DNA from: a virus
IMG/VR virus record: IMGVR_UViG_3300032087_005679
Span: 10,196 to 74,195 of that record
Direction: 5' to 3' (one strand)
DNA length: 64,000 bases
Both the position numbers and the translations under genes were made by a program. Positions 19,272 to 30,293 of this stretch are shown piece by piece (position 1 is the first letter of the stretch; every line of letters starts with the position of its first letter). Under the pieces are notes generated by a model. The model was not told where the DNA came from and did no database searches. It worked only from the letters and a program-made list of their open reading frames with translations.

Positions 19272-22200
19272 TTGAACTAATTAGTCCTCTAAGATTTATA
19301 GTTTCAGTTCTTATATTTGCAACCCTACTACTGCCTTCAGAATATATTTCAAACAAATTAGTCCTAAAGAAGTCCCTAGCAAACAATTTACCCATTCTTA
19401 TAGACAAGTCATCACTGTATTCTGGCGGATCGCCTGCGCCGCTTTGTCGTGAGGAACGGTCGCTAATGGGAGTATCAGATCCATATTCTAAATTGTATCT
19501 ATTATTTCTACTTTCCCATGCACCAAAGTTACCAAGAAGATATCTTCCATAGACGTTTAGTAGATTGCCAACCACCTCAAAATAAACATCTGTTGTGTTT
19601 TCTGTTGGAACAAACTCATATAGTTCTTGAACTGTTATTCCCATTTCATCTGCTGCATTGATTATTGATCTTACAACAGCTTCGTGTCCATATTTATAAA
19701 CGTGCAAATTGTTTTCCTTAAAAGCAGTGATCTCAAGCGCTTCGACTAAAGGATCTGGAGCGTTAGGATCTGGCACTCCTAAATTTTGCAGAAACCCTTC
19801 TGCATCCTCCTCAAGGTTATCACGCTCGGTTTGAGGTATAAACCTTCCCTCTCCCACACTTCTGTAATTTGAGTCTGTAAATAATCTTCTAAGAGTTGCT
19901 GCTTTAGCAGTAAAATCAGTAACTGCATTATTTCGAACTGACAATGCTTGATCTTGCGGTATTGGCGGAATAAAGTATCTTGCTATTACCCTACCAGTTA
20001 CAGATCTAAGACCCCAAATGCCACTATATAATCTTTCTAATTCTTGCAAATTATTTATGGACAGTAATTGTTGTAGTGAAATTATGCCTGTACTATCAAC
20101 ATCCAATCCTTGCAAATAGTCAATTCTATCTAAAACCTGATCTTTAGTATAGTATGTTATAACTCTTGAACCATCATAAGCTGGAACAGATACAGGAAAC
20201 CCTGTATAGATTTCTGAGAATTTGCTTATAAACTGACCTTTTGCGGCTGTAAGCAAATTATCGTCGGCACCAGCGATTTCTACTTCAAACCTAAAATAAG
20301 TGTCAGAATATCTTTCAGCAAATCTTATTGCTCGGTCGTAATAAATCAAATATGAAGCCACCTGAAATGCTACTGGGAAATAATATGCGCCTAATTTTAG
20401 CCCTAAGGGTGTTACATCTTCAACCAAACCTGGAAAACCTTCATCGTTAAATTCGATACATTCAAACAAAAGATCACTTACCTTTTCTCGATCATTTTCA
20501 GGAATACCAAAGAATTGAGTTGATCTCGGCGCAGCAGCATCTGCTCTCAGTGCAGACACTACACCCCTATAAAATTTACCTAACATCCTTCTGTATCTTC
20601 GTCCGTTTTCATTATTGGCAGAAAATAATGATAGAGATACTTCTGAGCCTGCGTGTTTTTGTATATTCCTTAACATGCCATACAAAATAGATTCTACTAT
20701 ATTAGCCATATTTTGCTCTGGTGTATTTGTTTGCAATATTACTGGATTGTTTTCAACGCCATCTAGATAATTTTCGTCATCTTTTTCTAGCCTTGGATAA
20801 ACTTCTGAAATCGCAGGTATCAAGCTATAAAAAGCACCTAATATTTCTTTTTGTTCGAGTTCTTTTTTAATATTTCTAGTAAAATAGTCCGACAGCATTC
20901 GAATTGTACCAAGAGACCCCCAGGAAGGATATACAGAAGTGAGCGGTCTCATGTTGACAAGAGACCTTTGCATTCTTGTCTGTATACATTGAATAGCTGA
21001 TTCAGCCCTAAATCTAACCTCTCTGTCTAGACATGGCTCGTCAGACTCAGATAAAGGCTTTCTGTTTAGAGCAGAAATATATCTTGGTAAATTTCTTTTA
21101 CCATCTCTGAGAACAGCAGAATTATTTATTGTAGAGTCAATCCTTATTGTGTAGTTGTTCATACTCAAACAATCGAAATCACGCTCAAGCGCTGATTTTG
21201 TAGAATCAGCCGAACTGCTTACATTTGTTGTTGGTGTCCCAATGGAAAAGTTTCCATAAGTATTTTGAAAGTCTATATTTGTATTTAAAGGTAAGACAAT
21301 ATTTTCGTTTTGATCCAAAGTGCTAACAACAAGTTGATTTCTAGCATCAACCTTTATATTGTAGTTGCCTTCTGTGGAACCTTGTTCTGTGAAAATTCCA
21401 TAATCTACGTCCGTCAGGTCTCCTGTTGACCCAGGACGATAAACGCTTGCTTCAAACCTATTGTTATTTGCAATATCAAATTCTGCCACTTTATCAGAAT
21501 TTCCTATAACCTTTTCATAAAATATTCCTATCTGGTTCTGACGAGGTGTTAAACGAGTGTAACCTGTAGAACCCTCATAAGGAATTGAAGTTCTAGAGTC
21601 TACAAAATAATCATACACCACTTGAGATACATCAGATAAAAAGTCTAGTTCATTGTTATTTCGATCACCAGAGAATCTACTTCTGGCGATAGAGGCGTCG
21701 GGAAGATTTCTTTCTATTCTTTCTTGTAGTTCTGGGCTGCCATGCCTTAAGGAATAGTAAGCAATATCCCAAACATCGTAATGATTTTGAGTAGGGGTTC
21801 TATATTGAGGAATTGGAATCCTAGGAGGACGAGCCGTTATAAAATTATTTACATGACTCTGTGTTTGGTTCCCAACTGTCTCTATTATATTACTTCCTAG
21901 TAGCTCTGCCACGTCATCCTCGTTTCGAAATCTAGCAGCTTGGTTAGCAACATAAATTTCACCACCATAATTCGCTGGTGTTATGTAATTTGCAAATCTT
22001 ACTACCTGGTTGACTTCCCCAGGCACAAAAGAAGGTCTATAATATACTTGACTAATCGGAACTTGTCTGAGTGTTGGAAAAATTTGAAAAAATAACTCAA
22101 CACCCAGTTGTGTGTGGTAAAGATTAAACTCTGGTGGCTTTTCTGGTGCGGGGTCTTTGCCAAATAGGTCATCAAATAAGCTAGCAAGCCAGTTTGCCAC

Positions 22201-25200
22201 ATAGTTACTCAAGTTAGCTATTTCTCTTAGAAGATCATCGTACCACGTCATAAGAGGAAGCGAAGCAATCAATTCTTCAAGTTCAGTCCTAATCCTTAAT
22301 GCATCTCTAAGCCAATCACAAAGATTGTTGATCTTATTTATTTTATCGCTAACTAAGAAACTATATTGTGCTGCTGCGTCATCAACATCTAGTTGTAAAG
22401 CAAGAGGATTTATAAATCCTTCCCTGTCAGCACAATATGCCTCTAATGGAGTAAGACCTCGATCAGAGTTTATATCCCCAGAAAATGCTCCTATCTCTAA
22501 AAAGAAATCAGAAATTTTTTGCTCTGTAATTTCAAAATTCTTATACACATCTGGAACAATGATTACTTCTTCTGGTTCAGCCTCCGCAAACTGTTGATAG
22601 GTTCTAGTATATGTGAACCCCTTAGCTGTTTCTGGGTTTCCTAAACTCTCGTATAAATGTTCCAAGAGTACTAAAGGTGCCTCACCACTTAATAGTTGTT
22701 CTGCTTCCGCTGGTGTTACCATATTGGAGACATCTAATATAAATCTTTTTATTTGCGATAATCTTGGAGGTGTTTTTGTGACTTGTTCGGTGCCATCTAC
22801 AACCTCCCTTTTGTAGTTAAAGATGTTTGATTTTTCAGCAGCAGCAACAAGATCGACCTCTGTCACATAGTCATTTATATCTGCAAGACCATAACTATAA
22901 AGTTTTATTGGATCTGAAAGTTGTTCTTCTGGTGTAGCACAACCAAGCACTGCATTCAAAACATCTTTCGCTATCCCAGCGACAACTGATTTCAGGAAAT
23001 TCAGTATGATTGTTTCAATTGCTTTTTGATATAAGTCTGACTGTCTTGTCTTTAGACCAATCATTTTTGTTTTCTTTAGCTCTATCTTGATTGGCTTATC
23101 AAGTGTCTCTCTAACTAGTTGATTCGCAACAGGGGGTGCGCCAACTGGATCTAAGAAATTATCTTCTATAAAGTCACCCAGCACGTCCAAAGAGCAGGAA
23201 ATCTGTTCGTTTATATATTTTTCTATATCTCGTCTAGCCCTATTTTGATCGACAAAGTAAGAGTTAGGGTCGTCTGACGCATAAACCGAATAACTCGATA
23301 AGAAAGCTGCTGTTTCAGCGTCTACTATCGCTTCTTGTTTTAGAAGAATTATTGTTTGTCTTATGAGTGACCTAATTTTTGTTTTAGAAGTACTAGCCTG
23401 CCAAAAAGCCAAAGCATATTTAGCTGCTTTAGCTTGACCTGTATCACAATCTATAGTAGATAAAGTCGAAGCAATCCTATACTTTAAGTCTCTTTTAGAA
23501 AACATCTGTTGATAAAGATTTAGATTTTCCCCAGGTGCAGATAGATCTGTCAACAACTCGAAAACATTCTTTTTCCTCTTGTTAATCAGGTTTAATCTTT
23601 TTTGGTCGAAAGCTCTGTTTGCCTGGATCGCACTTATATCAATAGATGGATAGGCATAGGTACTTAAGAAGTTGAGAACATCTACTTTTCTTGATTGAGA
23701 AGTTATTACAGATTCGTTATAAATCTCAGATGAGTTGCTTATAAATGAGAAACTTGTTGAAGTCAACAATGAAAAAGCATTCAAAACTCTTAGAACTTCT
23801 TCTGTATTGTTCAAATAAATTCTGTTGCCACATCCGTGAGCATAAAAATTACCATTGACGCAGATATGGTCTAAAGTATAATCTTCACTAAAATACATCT
23901 CCAAAAGATCTTCGTCTTGTATAGAGATTTGGTTATAGTTGTAAAACAACGCCAATAGATCAAAGAAAGAGTTTAGTCGATCTACTTCTTTTTCTAAATC
24001 AATATTTGAAATCATGGATGGAGTAATATTACTTTCAATCAAATCTGATTCATAACCCCTTAGGGCGCTTCTTACATAAGACATATCTCTTAGTAATTCT
24101 TCGACAACAAACTTCTTACTGAATGAGCTTTTGTTAACCAAAATATCATCGGACAGATCACTATGTTTGATTATCCTTCTTGCTTTCTCAAGAGGAGATA
24201 AACTATAATCTTGGAACGATGGCAAATTCAAATCACTACTTTCGTCTAACGGGAGCAGTGTTATAATTCTAGATGGTATCTTTACTGCGTACATCCATCT
24301 AGAGCCTGGTCTTGTATCTTTAAAAGTCAATAGAGGAAACTTTGTTGGCGGAAATCCGATTTTTCTCGCAACAACATCAAAGTTATCACTAGAATATCGA
24401 CCAGTCATCTTTAGTATCTCTCTCAATGCCTTATTCATAAGAGACCGATAATTATCTTTTATCGCTTGAGGAGATGAGTACCAAACAGAATTTATATCAT
24501 CTTGAGATATAGGACCACCTCCAAACAGAGTGCCAGACAAAGCAGTAATAATAGATTCTGTTTCTTCATTATTTATTTGTAGTTCTAAAGTCCTTTTCAT
24601 CTGACTCATCGTACTAAGAGTCCCTATGAGATCATTTGAAATATCATTGGTTCTAGCTGTAAAATAGTAATGAGAATCAGCAGAGTTATAATAGGTTCTG
24701 TTTGACTCGTCCCCTGGTTCGCAATTATTTCTCCAGTCATATAGATCTACATTCGTGTCTGATCCAACATAAGTACTAATATCAGGTGGTAAGTCCAACA
24801 AGTCTAAGCCAACGTCTGTACTATACTGTATGGTTTCAAGACCGAGAGAAGTTCTTAGTTTATTCTTATAGATCCTTGAGTGATTACTCGGTATAGAGAT
24901 GAGTTTTGCAATTTCTTCCTCTTGCTGATATTCCCTAAGGTAATATTCTGGAGAAGATAATGTAGAGTACTCTTCAAGAACATCTAGACCATTAAGTCTA
25001 GAAACTAGTCTTCTTAATTCTCCTAATGATTCCTCAATGCTGATAGGTTGCGGTGTTTGGTCTACCAGTTTTCCATTTTGTGGGTAAAGAGCAAAGTAAG
25101 CCCTAAAATCAGCTAGTGTTATTTCAACACTTTGGTCTTGTATGATCGTTCCAGGTTCTGGAAATTTAAAGAAATAAAGATAGCTTTCATGTATAGCATC

Positions 25201-25326
25201 TATAATAAATTTCTTTGTTTCATTTCCATAATCGTACTCAACACCACTTCGATAACTATCATTATAGTTTTCTGGAAATGGGTTTACGATTGATTTTTGT
25301 CTATCTGATAAACTTATTATAGCCAT
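19264..25326 (-). CDS. Giant hypothetical protein in the baseplate module (2020 aa)
   Basis: Long ORF that looks mostly helical, overlapping the gp25-like start; no motif recognised. Confidence 0.55.
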   Translation of the reverse strand: MAIISLSDRQKSIVNPFPENYNDSYRSGVEYDYGNETKKFIIDAIHESYLYFFKFPEPGTIIQDQSVEITLADFRAYFALYPQNGKLVDQTPQPISIEESLGELRRLVSRLNGLDVLEEYSTLSSPEYYLREYQQEEEIAKLISIPSNHSRIYKNKLRTSLGLETIQYSTDVGLDLLDLPPDISTYVGSDTNVDLYDWRNNCEPGDESNRTYYNSADSHYYFTARTNDISNDLIGTLSTMSQMKRTLELQINNEETESIITALSGTLFGGGPISQDDINSVWYSSPQAIKDNYRSLMNKALREILKMTGRYSSDNFDVVARKIGFPPTKFPLLTFKDTRPGSRWMYAVKIPSRIITLLPLDESSDLNLPSFQDYSLSPLEKARRIIKHSDLSDDILVNKSSFSKKFVVEELLRDMSYVRSALRGYESDLIESNITPSMISNIDLEKEVDRLNSFFDLLALFYNYNQISIQDEDLLEMYFSEDYTLDHICVNGNFYAHGCGNRIYLNNTEEVLRVLNAFSLLTSTSFSFISNSSEIYNESVITSQSRKVDVLNFLSTYAYPSIDISAIQANRAFDQKRLNLINKRKKNVFELLTDLSAPGENLNLYQQMFSKRDLKYRIASTLSTIDCDTGQAKAAKYALAFWQASTSKTKIRSLIRQTIILLKQEAIVDAETAAFLSSYSVYASDDPNSYFVDQNRARRDIEKYINEQISCSLDVLGDFIEDNFLDPVGAPPVANQLVRETLDKPIKIELKKTKMIGLKTRQSDLYQKAIETIILNFLKSVVAGIAKDVLNAVLGCATPEEQLSDPIKLYSYGLADINDYVTEVDLVAAAEKSNIFNYKREVVDGTEQVTKTPPRLSQIKRFILDVSNMVTPAEAEQLLSGEAPLVLLEHLYESLGNPETAKGFTYTRTYQQFAEAEPEEVIIVPDVYKNFEITEQKISDFFLEIGAFSGDINSDRGLTPLEAYCADREGFINPLALQLDVDDAAAQYSFLVSDKINKINNLCDWLRDALRIRTELEELIASLPLMTWYDDLLREIANLSNYVANWLASLFDDLFGKDPAPEKPPEFNLYHTQLGVELFFQIFPTLRQVPISQVYYRPSFVPGEVNQVVRFANYITPANYGGEIYVANQAARFRNEDDVAELLGSNIIETVGNQTQSHVNNFITARPPRIPIPQYRTPTQNHYDVWDIAYYSLRHGSPELQERIERNLPDASIARSRFSGDRNNNELDFLSDVSQVVYDYFVDSRTSIPYEGSTGYTRLTPRQNQIGIFYEKVIGNSDKVAEFDIANNNRFEASVYRPGSTGDLTDVDYGIFTEQGSTEGNYNIKVDARNQLVVSTLDQNENIVLPLNTNIDFQNTYGNFSIGTPTTNVSSSADSTKSALERDFDCLSMNNYTIRIDSTINNSAVLRDGKRNLPRYISALNRKPLSESDEPCLDREVRFRAESAIQCIQTRMQRSLVNMRPLTSVYPSWGSLGTIRMLSDYFTRNIKKELEQKEILGAFYSLIPAISEVYPRLEKDDENYLDGVENNPVILQTNTPEQNMANIVESILYGMLRNIQKHAGSEVSLSLFSANNENGRRYRRMLGKFYRGVVSALRADAAAPRSTQFFGIPENDREKVSDLLFECIEFNDEGFPGLVEDVTPLGLKLGAYYFPVAFQVASYLIYYDRAIRFAERYSDTYFRFEVEIAGADDNLLTAAKGQFISKFSEIYTGFPVSVPAYDGSRVITYYTKDQVLDRIDYLQGLDVDSTGIISLQQLLSINNLQELERLYSGIWGLRSVTGRVIARYFIPPIPQDQALSVRNNAVTDFTAKAATLRRLFTDSNYRSVGEGRFIPQTERDNLEEDAEGFLQNLGVPDPNAPDPLVEALEITAFKENNLHVYKYGHEAVVRSIINAADEMGITVQELYEFVPTENTTDVYFEVVGNLLNVYGRYLLGNFGAWESRNNRYNLEYGSDTPISDRSSRQSGAGDPPEYSDDLSIRMGKLFARDFFRTNLFEIYSEGSSRVANIRTETINLRGLISSNE

Positions 25327-25335
25327 TTCATTTAC

Positions 25336-26451
25336 TTAGTTTACATTATTATATTTGCTTCTAAAATCATAATATGCAAAAGGATTGCTTTTGCTGTAAT
25401 TTAACTTATGTAGAGCAAAGTTTTTCTGCTGAATTGATAGGTTGATAATTTCAATTGGAAGCCTCTGTATCAAAGATTGCAATTTGATCGCAGATGCAGT
25501 ACCAGCACCTGGGATTAGAGACATAACTGCTGTTACCAAAAGCTCCAAAGTAAATGACGTAGAAGAGTGTAAATCAGATATCAAATCAGCTAAGTTATCT
25601 AACACCGCAGCCAAATCGTCACCCTTGACCATTGGCTGGAGGTCGCTGTCATCATTCCCAGCAATAAGGTCAATCCCCTGAATATTGTCTTTTATCAACA
25701 TTCCAGACGCACCGTTATATGAATCGCCGCCAGTAACTAACTTGATACCCTCTCTACCAATCAGTCTAACAGAGTCTGCTTTTATTGCAATCGCAGATCT
25801 ATTTGTCAGATTTCCCACTCTACCTTTTGCTAGATTAAAATATTCTTTACCATCAATGTCTGCCCTCTGAGAGATGTAAATTCTAGCTGCGTCAAGTTGT
25901 GGGCTTTTGTTTGTTCTTACTCTTGCCCCTTCACTATTAACTTCTCTTGCTAAGATTCCAGACAGTCCTGCTATTATATCGATACAACCAACGTGAGAAT
26001 TTGGCTTTGCACCCTTTCCCTCTTCTTTGGTTCCTGGTCTATCTTTGCCTAAAATTATTATGGAGTTATGTTGACCTTTAATTACATTTTCAGTTTCGGC
26101 AACATTGTATATTGGATTTGGCTCTATTAATTGTGTCTGGTTGAAGCCAGAATGTGTTCTTCCTTGGTTTGGTCCAAGTTTTTCTTTTAGCTCAACTTTT
26201 GTTGCCGATAATAAAGAATCTGTTATGGTTGGTCTAGTAGGTCCAGTCCCTGGCGGTTGTTGAGGAGCCTGTCCTCTACTTGGCGTCTGTGGTCTTCTCT
26301 TGAAGGATAAGTCCCCCGCTGCGTCATTTGAATATCTTGCTGCTAGCTCTTCGGCTGCTGCTGCGATTTCTGCCTCAGAAGAATTTGGATTATTATATTG
26401 CTCTAGGAACTCATTCAATTCTTCTTGTGATAATTCTCTAGGACCACTCAT
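25336..26451 (-). CDS. Baseplate hub/spike-associated protein (gp5 C-terminal-like, tentative)
   Basis: Short beta-strand repeats (IIILGKDRP, ARIYISQ, AIAIKADSVRLIGREGIKL); coupled to the M23 gene upstream. Confidence 0.45.
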   Translation of the reverse strand: MSGPRELSQEELNEFLEQYNNPNSSEAEIAAAAEELAARYSNDAAGDLSFKRRPQTPSRGQAPQQPPGTGPTRPTITDSLLSATKVELKEKLGPNQGRTHSGFNQTQLIEPNPIYNVAETENVIKGQHNSIIILGKDRPGTKEEGKGAKPNSHVGCIDIIAGLSGILAREVNSEGARVRTNKSPQLDAARIYISQRADIDGKEYFNLAKGRVGNLTNRSAIAIKADSVRLIGREGIKLVTGGDSYNGASGMLIKDNIQGIDLIAGNDDSDLQPMVKGDDLAAVLDNLADLISDLHSSTSFTLELLVTAVMSLIPGAGTASAIKLQSLIQRLPIEIINLSIQQKNFALHKLNYSKSNPFAYYDFRSKYNNVN

Positions 26452-27662
26452 TATACAACCCTCCAGAAGCTCATACTCATAAATCCTTTAGGATCTAAGT
26501 ATTGCTCTTTGTTTCCTGGGTCGTTGCCAAGAATCCACTCAAGATGTAAGTGAGGTCCTGTAATTCTTCCAGAAGAAGCAGACTGTCCCAGCAAGCTCCC
26601 TTTAAATACTGGCTGTCCTGCCTTAACAATAGGGATAGCGTTAGGATCTTGTAGGTGACAATACCTCAAGAAAAAACTAACAGGGTCTCCACTTGGTCCA
26701 TCTTTTGAGTATTGGTTATATTTTACAAGAACATAGTGACCCCAGCCTGATTCATAATCAATCCTATCGACTATACCATCGAGTGCGGAAACTATAAATG
26801 TACCCTGAGGGGCTTTCATGTCAACCCCACGGTGCATTCTTGTTTTTGCTTCAGTTTCACCTTTAGCCTTTAGTGTTCTCATGCCAAAAGGTGATCCATA
26901 AACTTTATTTTGAGTAATGACAGGCCAAAGTGGCTTTTCACCTGGTGTGTTTGTTCCTGCTTGGACTAATTCACTGCCAGCTGTTGGATTTGTGTATTCA
27001 AGCTTTTTTACTTGTCCGCACTCTTCAATACTTATCTGTTGTCCTGGTTCAGGAAGTGGTGGTAAACTAAGAATACAGTTTTCACCAAATGTTCTCTCAA
27101 GATAGCCTCCTGTTTCCGCCCAGACTTGAGTTACTTTCCCGACCTCTGCGTTGCTGGAAAATTGCGTTCCCGGATGATTGAATTCAACGGATACAACTGC
27201 ACCAAACTTTAAAGGCGCTGCACCTTCAGTTATATTATGAATTACAAGTGGATGGAAATTACTAGTTGGATCAGCTTGATCCATTGGTACAGGGATCCAA
27301 AAATGTCTTGGGTCAGACAATACCCTAACTCTACAAAGTTGTATGTTATCAAAATTTTCTTCGCCCTTGATTGTATTAACAATAGGGGAATGTCTTTCAT
27401 CCGCAGATACTACCACTGCATATTTTGCAATCTTTACGCCCTCAACTAATTTAGGAGAGTAAAATTTGCTATACAACCTCTTAATTGCCTTTAGTGGCGA
27501 AGTAAGTTCAGGGTCGTAATACTCTTGCCCTAACGGTTGACCTGCTTCAGACTCCTCTAAGAAGTGCTTAATACCTTGTGGATCAAGTAGATCCTTACCG
27601 TAAGAGGAGTCTACTCTCTTTTTAGGTCCATTTTTTGTGGTCTTGGTATTGTTTGTAGTCAT
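26451..27662 (-). CDS. M23-family metalloendopeptidase with N-terminal OB-like domain (virion-associated lysin)
   Basis: HRGVD (HxxxD), YCHL and GPHLHLE (HxH) zinc motifs. Confidence 0.88.
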   Translation of the reverse strand: MTTNNTKTTKNGPKKRVDSSYGKDLLDPQGIKHFLEESEAGQPLGQEYYDPELTSPLKAIKRLYSKFYSPKLVEGVKIAKYAVVVSADERHSPIVNTIKGEENFDNIQLCRVRVLSDPRHFWIPVPMDQADPTSNFHPLVIHNITEGAAPLKFGAVVSVEFNHPGTQFSSNAEVGKVTQVWAETGGYLERTFGENCILSLPPLPEPGQQISIEECGQVKKLEYTNPTAGSELVQAGTNTPGEKPLWPVITQNKVYGSPFGMRTLKAKGETEAKTRMHRGVDMKAPQGTFIVSALDGIVDRIDYESGWGHYVLVKYNQYSKDGPSGDPVSFFLRYCHLQDPNAIPIVKAGQPVFKGSLLGQSASSGRITGPHLHLEWILGNDPGNKEQYLDPKGFMSMSFWRVV

Positions 27663-27663
27663 T

Positions 27664-27954
27664 CTACTCGTTCTTTAGTATATCAAATAACTGATCTTTG
27701 TCATCATCAGTCAATCCTGTTTGAGTAGAACTGTGATCCTTCTTATAAACTAGGTTGGCTAGTTTTACTAATTGTTCATTACTTCTTTGAAGTGTTTCAA
27801 CAAATTTAGCTGCTGTTCCGCCAGCCTCTGAATATCTCTCTTTAGCGACATTCATATATTCTGTTAGGTTTTCTAACAGTAATTCTGTTTGTTGTCGATC
27901 TTTGTTTATATTATCGAGTGCTTGCTCTATGAGCGAATTAAGGTCTTTTTTCAT
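27664..27954 (-). CDS. Hypothetical helical protein (96 aa)
   Basis: ORF in operon; preceded by CTAATTA-N4-ATG. Confidence 0.65.
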   Translation of the reverse strand: MKKDLNSLIEQALDNINKDRQQTELLLENLTEYMNVAKERYSEAGGTAAKFVETLQRSNEQLVKLANLVYKKDHSSTQTGLTDDDKDQLFDILKNE

Positions 27955-27958
27955 ACAC

Positions 27959-27965
27959 TAATTAG
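27959..27965 (-). promoter_or_regulatory. Candidate late-promoter motif CTAATTA, 4 nt upstream of ATG (head of the structural operon)
   Basis: Minus strand reads CTAATTA GTGT ATG. Confidence 0.5.
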
Positions 27966-27969
27966 GGTG

Positions 27970-28656
27970 CTAATTAAAATCTCCTTCGTTCCACTTCTTT
28001 TTAAATAAGCGATATTTTTCTCTCATTTTATTAAGGGCACTCACAATCTGTTTAGTGTTAAGACCTGTAATCTCTCTCATATAAAGATAAATTGCTTTCT
28101 TATTGAATATCTCTATTTGTTCTATGTTTTCCATCAAAGTAATGACGGCGTTGAGAACCTTCTCTTCGTTGGGTTTTAGTTTTAAGTTTTGCCATGTGTT
28201 TATTTCGGACATCAAAGACATCCAAAATTGCTGATCTTCTAAATCGGAATAAAAGTCGCCACTATTATTATCGTCTAAAATTTCTACTTCCCTTATCATC
28301 TGATCGTAGGGAACTTCTCTTTTGTTCTTCTTTGTCTGCTTCTTAGCCTTGTGTGTAAACCAGTTCTTTGTTACAACTGAAAAGTAAGAGAAGGCTTTCT
28401 TATTCTTAGATGGATCAAATTTACTTAAGATTGTTGTAAGCCATATCTTACAATCATCTTTGTGTAATTCAATATTTTCGAGGGACGTAAACTTATAAGT
28501 ATAAACAATCTTATTTACAAGCTCATCAAAAGCAGGTTGGATATGTTCTATATAGAGATCAGACCTTATCTGTGTGTCGTCGGTATTACAATAACTTACG
28601 ATAGCCTCTTCTGTTTTTTCAGTGAAGTAATAATTTTTCTTTTTCTTTTTAGTCAT
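27970..28656 (-). CDS. T4 gp55-like late-transcription sigma factor
   Basis: NYYFTEKTEEAIVSY N-terminus and KFDPSKNKKAFSYFSVVTKNWF, matching the gp55 region-2 pattern FDP..K...F.YF. Confidence 0.72.
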   Translation of the reverse strand: MTKKKKKNYYFTEKTEEAIVSYCNTDDTQIRSDLYIEHIQPAFDELVNKIVYTYKFTSLENIELHKDDCKIWLTTILSKFDPSKNKKAFSYFSVVTKNWFTHKAKKQTKKNKREVPYDQMIREVEILDDNNSGDFYSDLEDQQFWMSLMSEINTWQNLKLKPNEEKVLNAVITLMENIEQIEIFNKKAIYLYMREITGLNTKQIVSALNKMREKYRLFKKKWNEGDFN

Positions 28657-28945
28657 TGCTTTCCTCTAAAACAGATTGGTTAGTGTCAAGATATGTGTCT
28701 AAATCTCCTACGAGATCATTAGTGTGTTTAAGAAGCGCTTCTAATACTGGTTCACCAAAAAACAAATCTCTATTGTAAACTTCTGATAGGTGATTTTCGT
28801 ACTCCACGATTGATTCAAGAACCACCCTAGTATCAGAATCCATATTGTAAACATAGGTGATAAGCTTTTTACAATACCAAAGTAACATAATATTAGCAAT
28901 AACTGAAATAGCTAATATCGGTATCGTGATCCATAGAACATTCAT
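28649..28945 (-). CDS. Small membrane-anchored protein (98 aa)
   Basis: N-terminal hydrophobic helix VLWITIPILAISVIANIMLLWY. Confidence 0.65.
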   Translation of the reverse strand: MNVLWITIPILAISVIANIMLLWYCKKLITYVYNMDSDTRVVLESIVEYENHLSEVYNRDLFFGEPVLEALLKHTNDLVGDLDTYLDTNQSVLEESND

Positions 28946-29202
28946 TTTTTATACACTCTTTTACTTATTTTACTTTTGTAGTTTTTTAACTCTTCTCTTC
29001 CTTCTTCTATAGCTTCTAAAACTTTACTTCCTCTTTTTTCCTTGCCACCATCTGTCTTTTTAACTGTTTGTAAAATAGAAGACAGGTTCTTCTTTATATT
29101 CTTAGAGCCACATTCCAGACAAGAAATGTCCTTATCTTTATACGAATGTCTTATCTGTGATTGCTTCTTGCATTCTAAGCAATCATAAAGATATAGTGGC
29201 AT
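28942..29202 (-). CDS. FmdB-family zinc-ribbon protein
   Basis: MPLYLYDCLEC...CLECGS. Confidence 0.8.
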   Translation of the reverse strand: MPLYLYDCLECKKQSQIRHSYKDKDISCLECGSKNIKKNLSSILQTVKKTDGGKEKRGSKVLEAIEEGREELKNYKSKISKRVYKK

Positions 29203-29381
29203 TATTCAACTTCGAAAGCTGGCTTTGTTGGTGCAAAAGTTGGTGGATTAGTTACAACAATCTCGTCGTCTTTCACTTCTAGATCCCAGTCCGATAGAAG
29301 TTCTGTAATATCACTTTCTTCTGCTAAGCACTTCTGCAAAGTCATCAAAAGGGCACCAATTGCTTGATTAGATAGTTTCAT
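29202..29381 (-). CDS. Small hypothetical protein (59 aa), not in the ORF track
   Basis: AGGAG SD; MKLSNQAIGALLMTLQKCLAEESDITELLSDWDLEVKDDEIVVTNPPTF...; TAATG overlap with the next gene. Confidence 0.75.
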   Translation of the reverse strand: MKLSNQAIGALLMTLQKCLAEESDITELLSDWDLEVKDDEIVVTNPPTFAPTKPAFEVE

Positions 29382-29417
29382 TTATTTTCTCCTTGTCTTT
29401 ATCATACATAAGTTTTG

Positions 29418-30293
29418 CTAATTGTTTAAATGTAGTTCCTTTTTAAGGTTCTCAAAACACTCAGCAATACCTTGCCTAATGTCTATTTCAGCATACCATC
29501 CTAGATTATTTATTGGCTCAATATCTGCCTGAGTGAATAGAATATCTCCCGGTCGATCTGGAACATATTCAAATTCAATATCTGGAAAGTGCTCCAGTAC
29601 TATTTTCTTTATCTCATTTAGCGATATGTTTTTTCCGGTACCAATATCAAAATATTGTCCGTGAAAATCTGTTTCTGATTCCATTGCAAAGATATTGGCG
29701 CTAACCACATCTTTTACATTTACCATGTCCCTTCTTTGTTCTCCATCGCCAGTAATAAAAGGATTACGACCATCCCTAATATACTGCATATAGTTTGATA
29801 TGGCTGTAGCATATGGTCCAGTTGCCGATTGGTCTGGGGAATAAACATTGAAATATCTAAGAGTTACTGTATCGATGTCGAAAACTTTTGCATATAAACG
29901 GCACTCCATTTCTGATATCAATTTTTGAAGACCGTAAGGACTATTGGGGCTTGTACCATCACCAACAACAGATGATGACCCAGAGTAAACTACTCTCTTA
30001 GCCTTTACTTTCCTAGCAAAATTCAATACCTTGGTAGTAGCCAAAACATTATTTGTCATGGTTTCTACAGGGTATTCCATACTATAAGCCACTCTAGGGA
30101 TACATGCCATGTGAAAAATAACTTCTGGCTTGAACCATTCATAAGCTTTATCATTATCAAACACAGATAATAAATCTTGATTTGGATCATTTTTATAATC
30201 AATGCCTATAACTTCGTGACCTTGATTTTCTAGCTCTTTAAATAAATGAGTACCAATATAACCTTGGTGACCTGTAACTAAACATCTAGTCAT
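29418..30293 (-). CDS. NAD-dependent sugar epimerase/dehydratase (extended SDR)
   Basis: TGHQGYIG, YGLQK (YxxxK), LRYFNVY, GDGEQRRD. Confidence 0.9.
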   Translation of the reverse strand: MTRCLVTGHQGYIGTHLFKELENQGHEVIGIDYKNDPNQDLLSVFDNDKAYEWFKPEVIFHMACIPRVAYSMEYPVETMTNNVLATTKVLNFARKVKAKRVVYSGSSSVVGDGTSPNSPYGLQKLISEMECRLYAKVFDIDTVTLRYFNVYSPDQSATGPYATAISNYMQYIRDGRNPFITGDGEQRRDMVNVKDVVSANIFAMESETDFHGQYFDIGTGKNISLNEIKKIVLEHFPDIEFEYVPDRPGDILFTQADIEPINNLGWYAEIDIRQGIAECFENLKKELHLNN

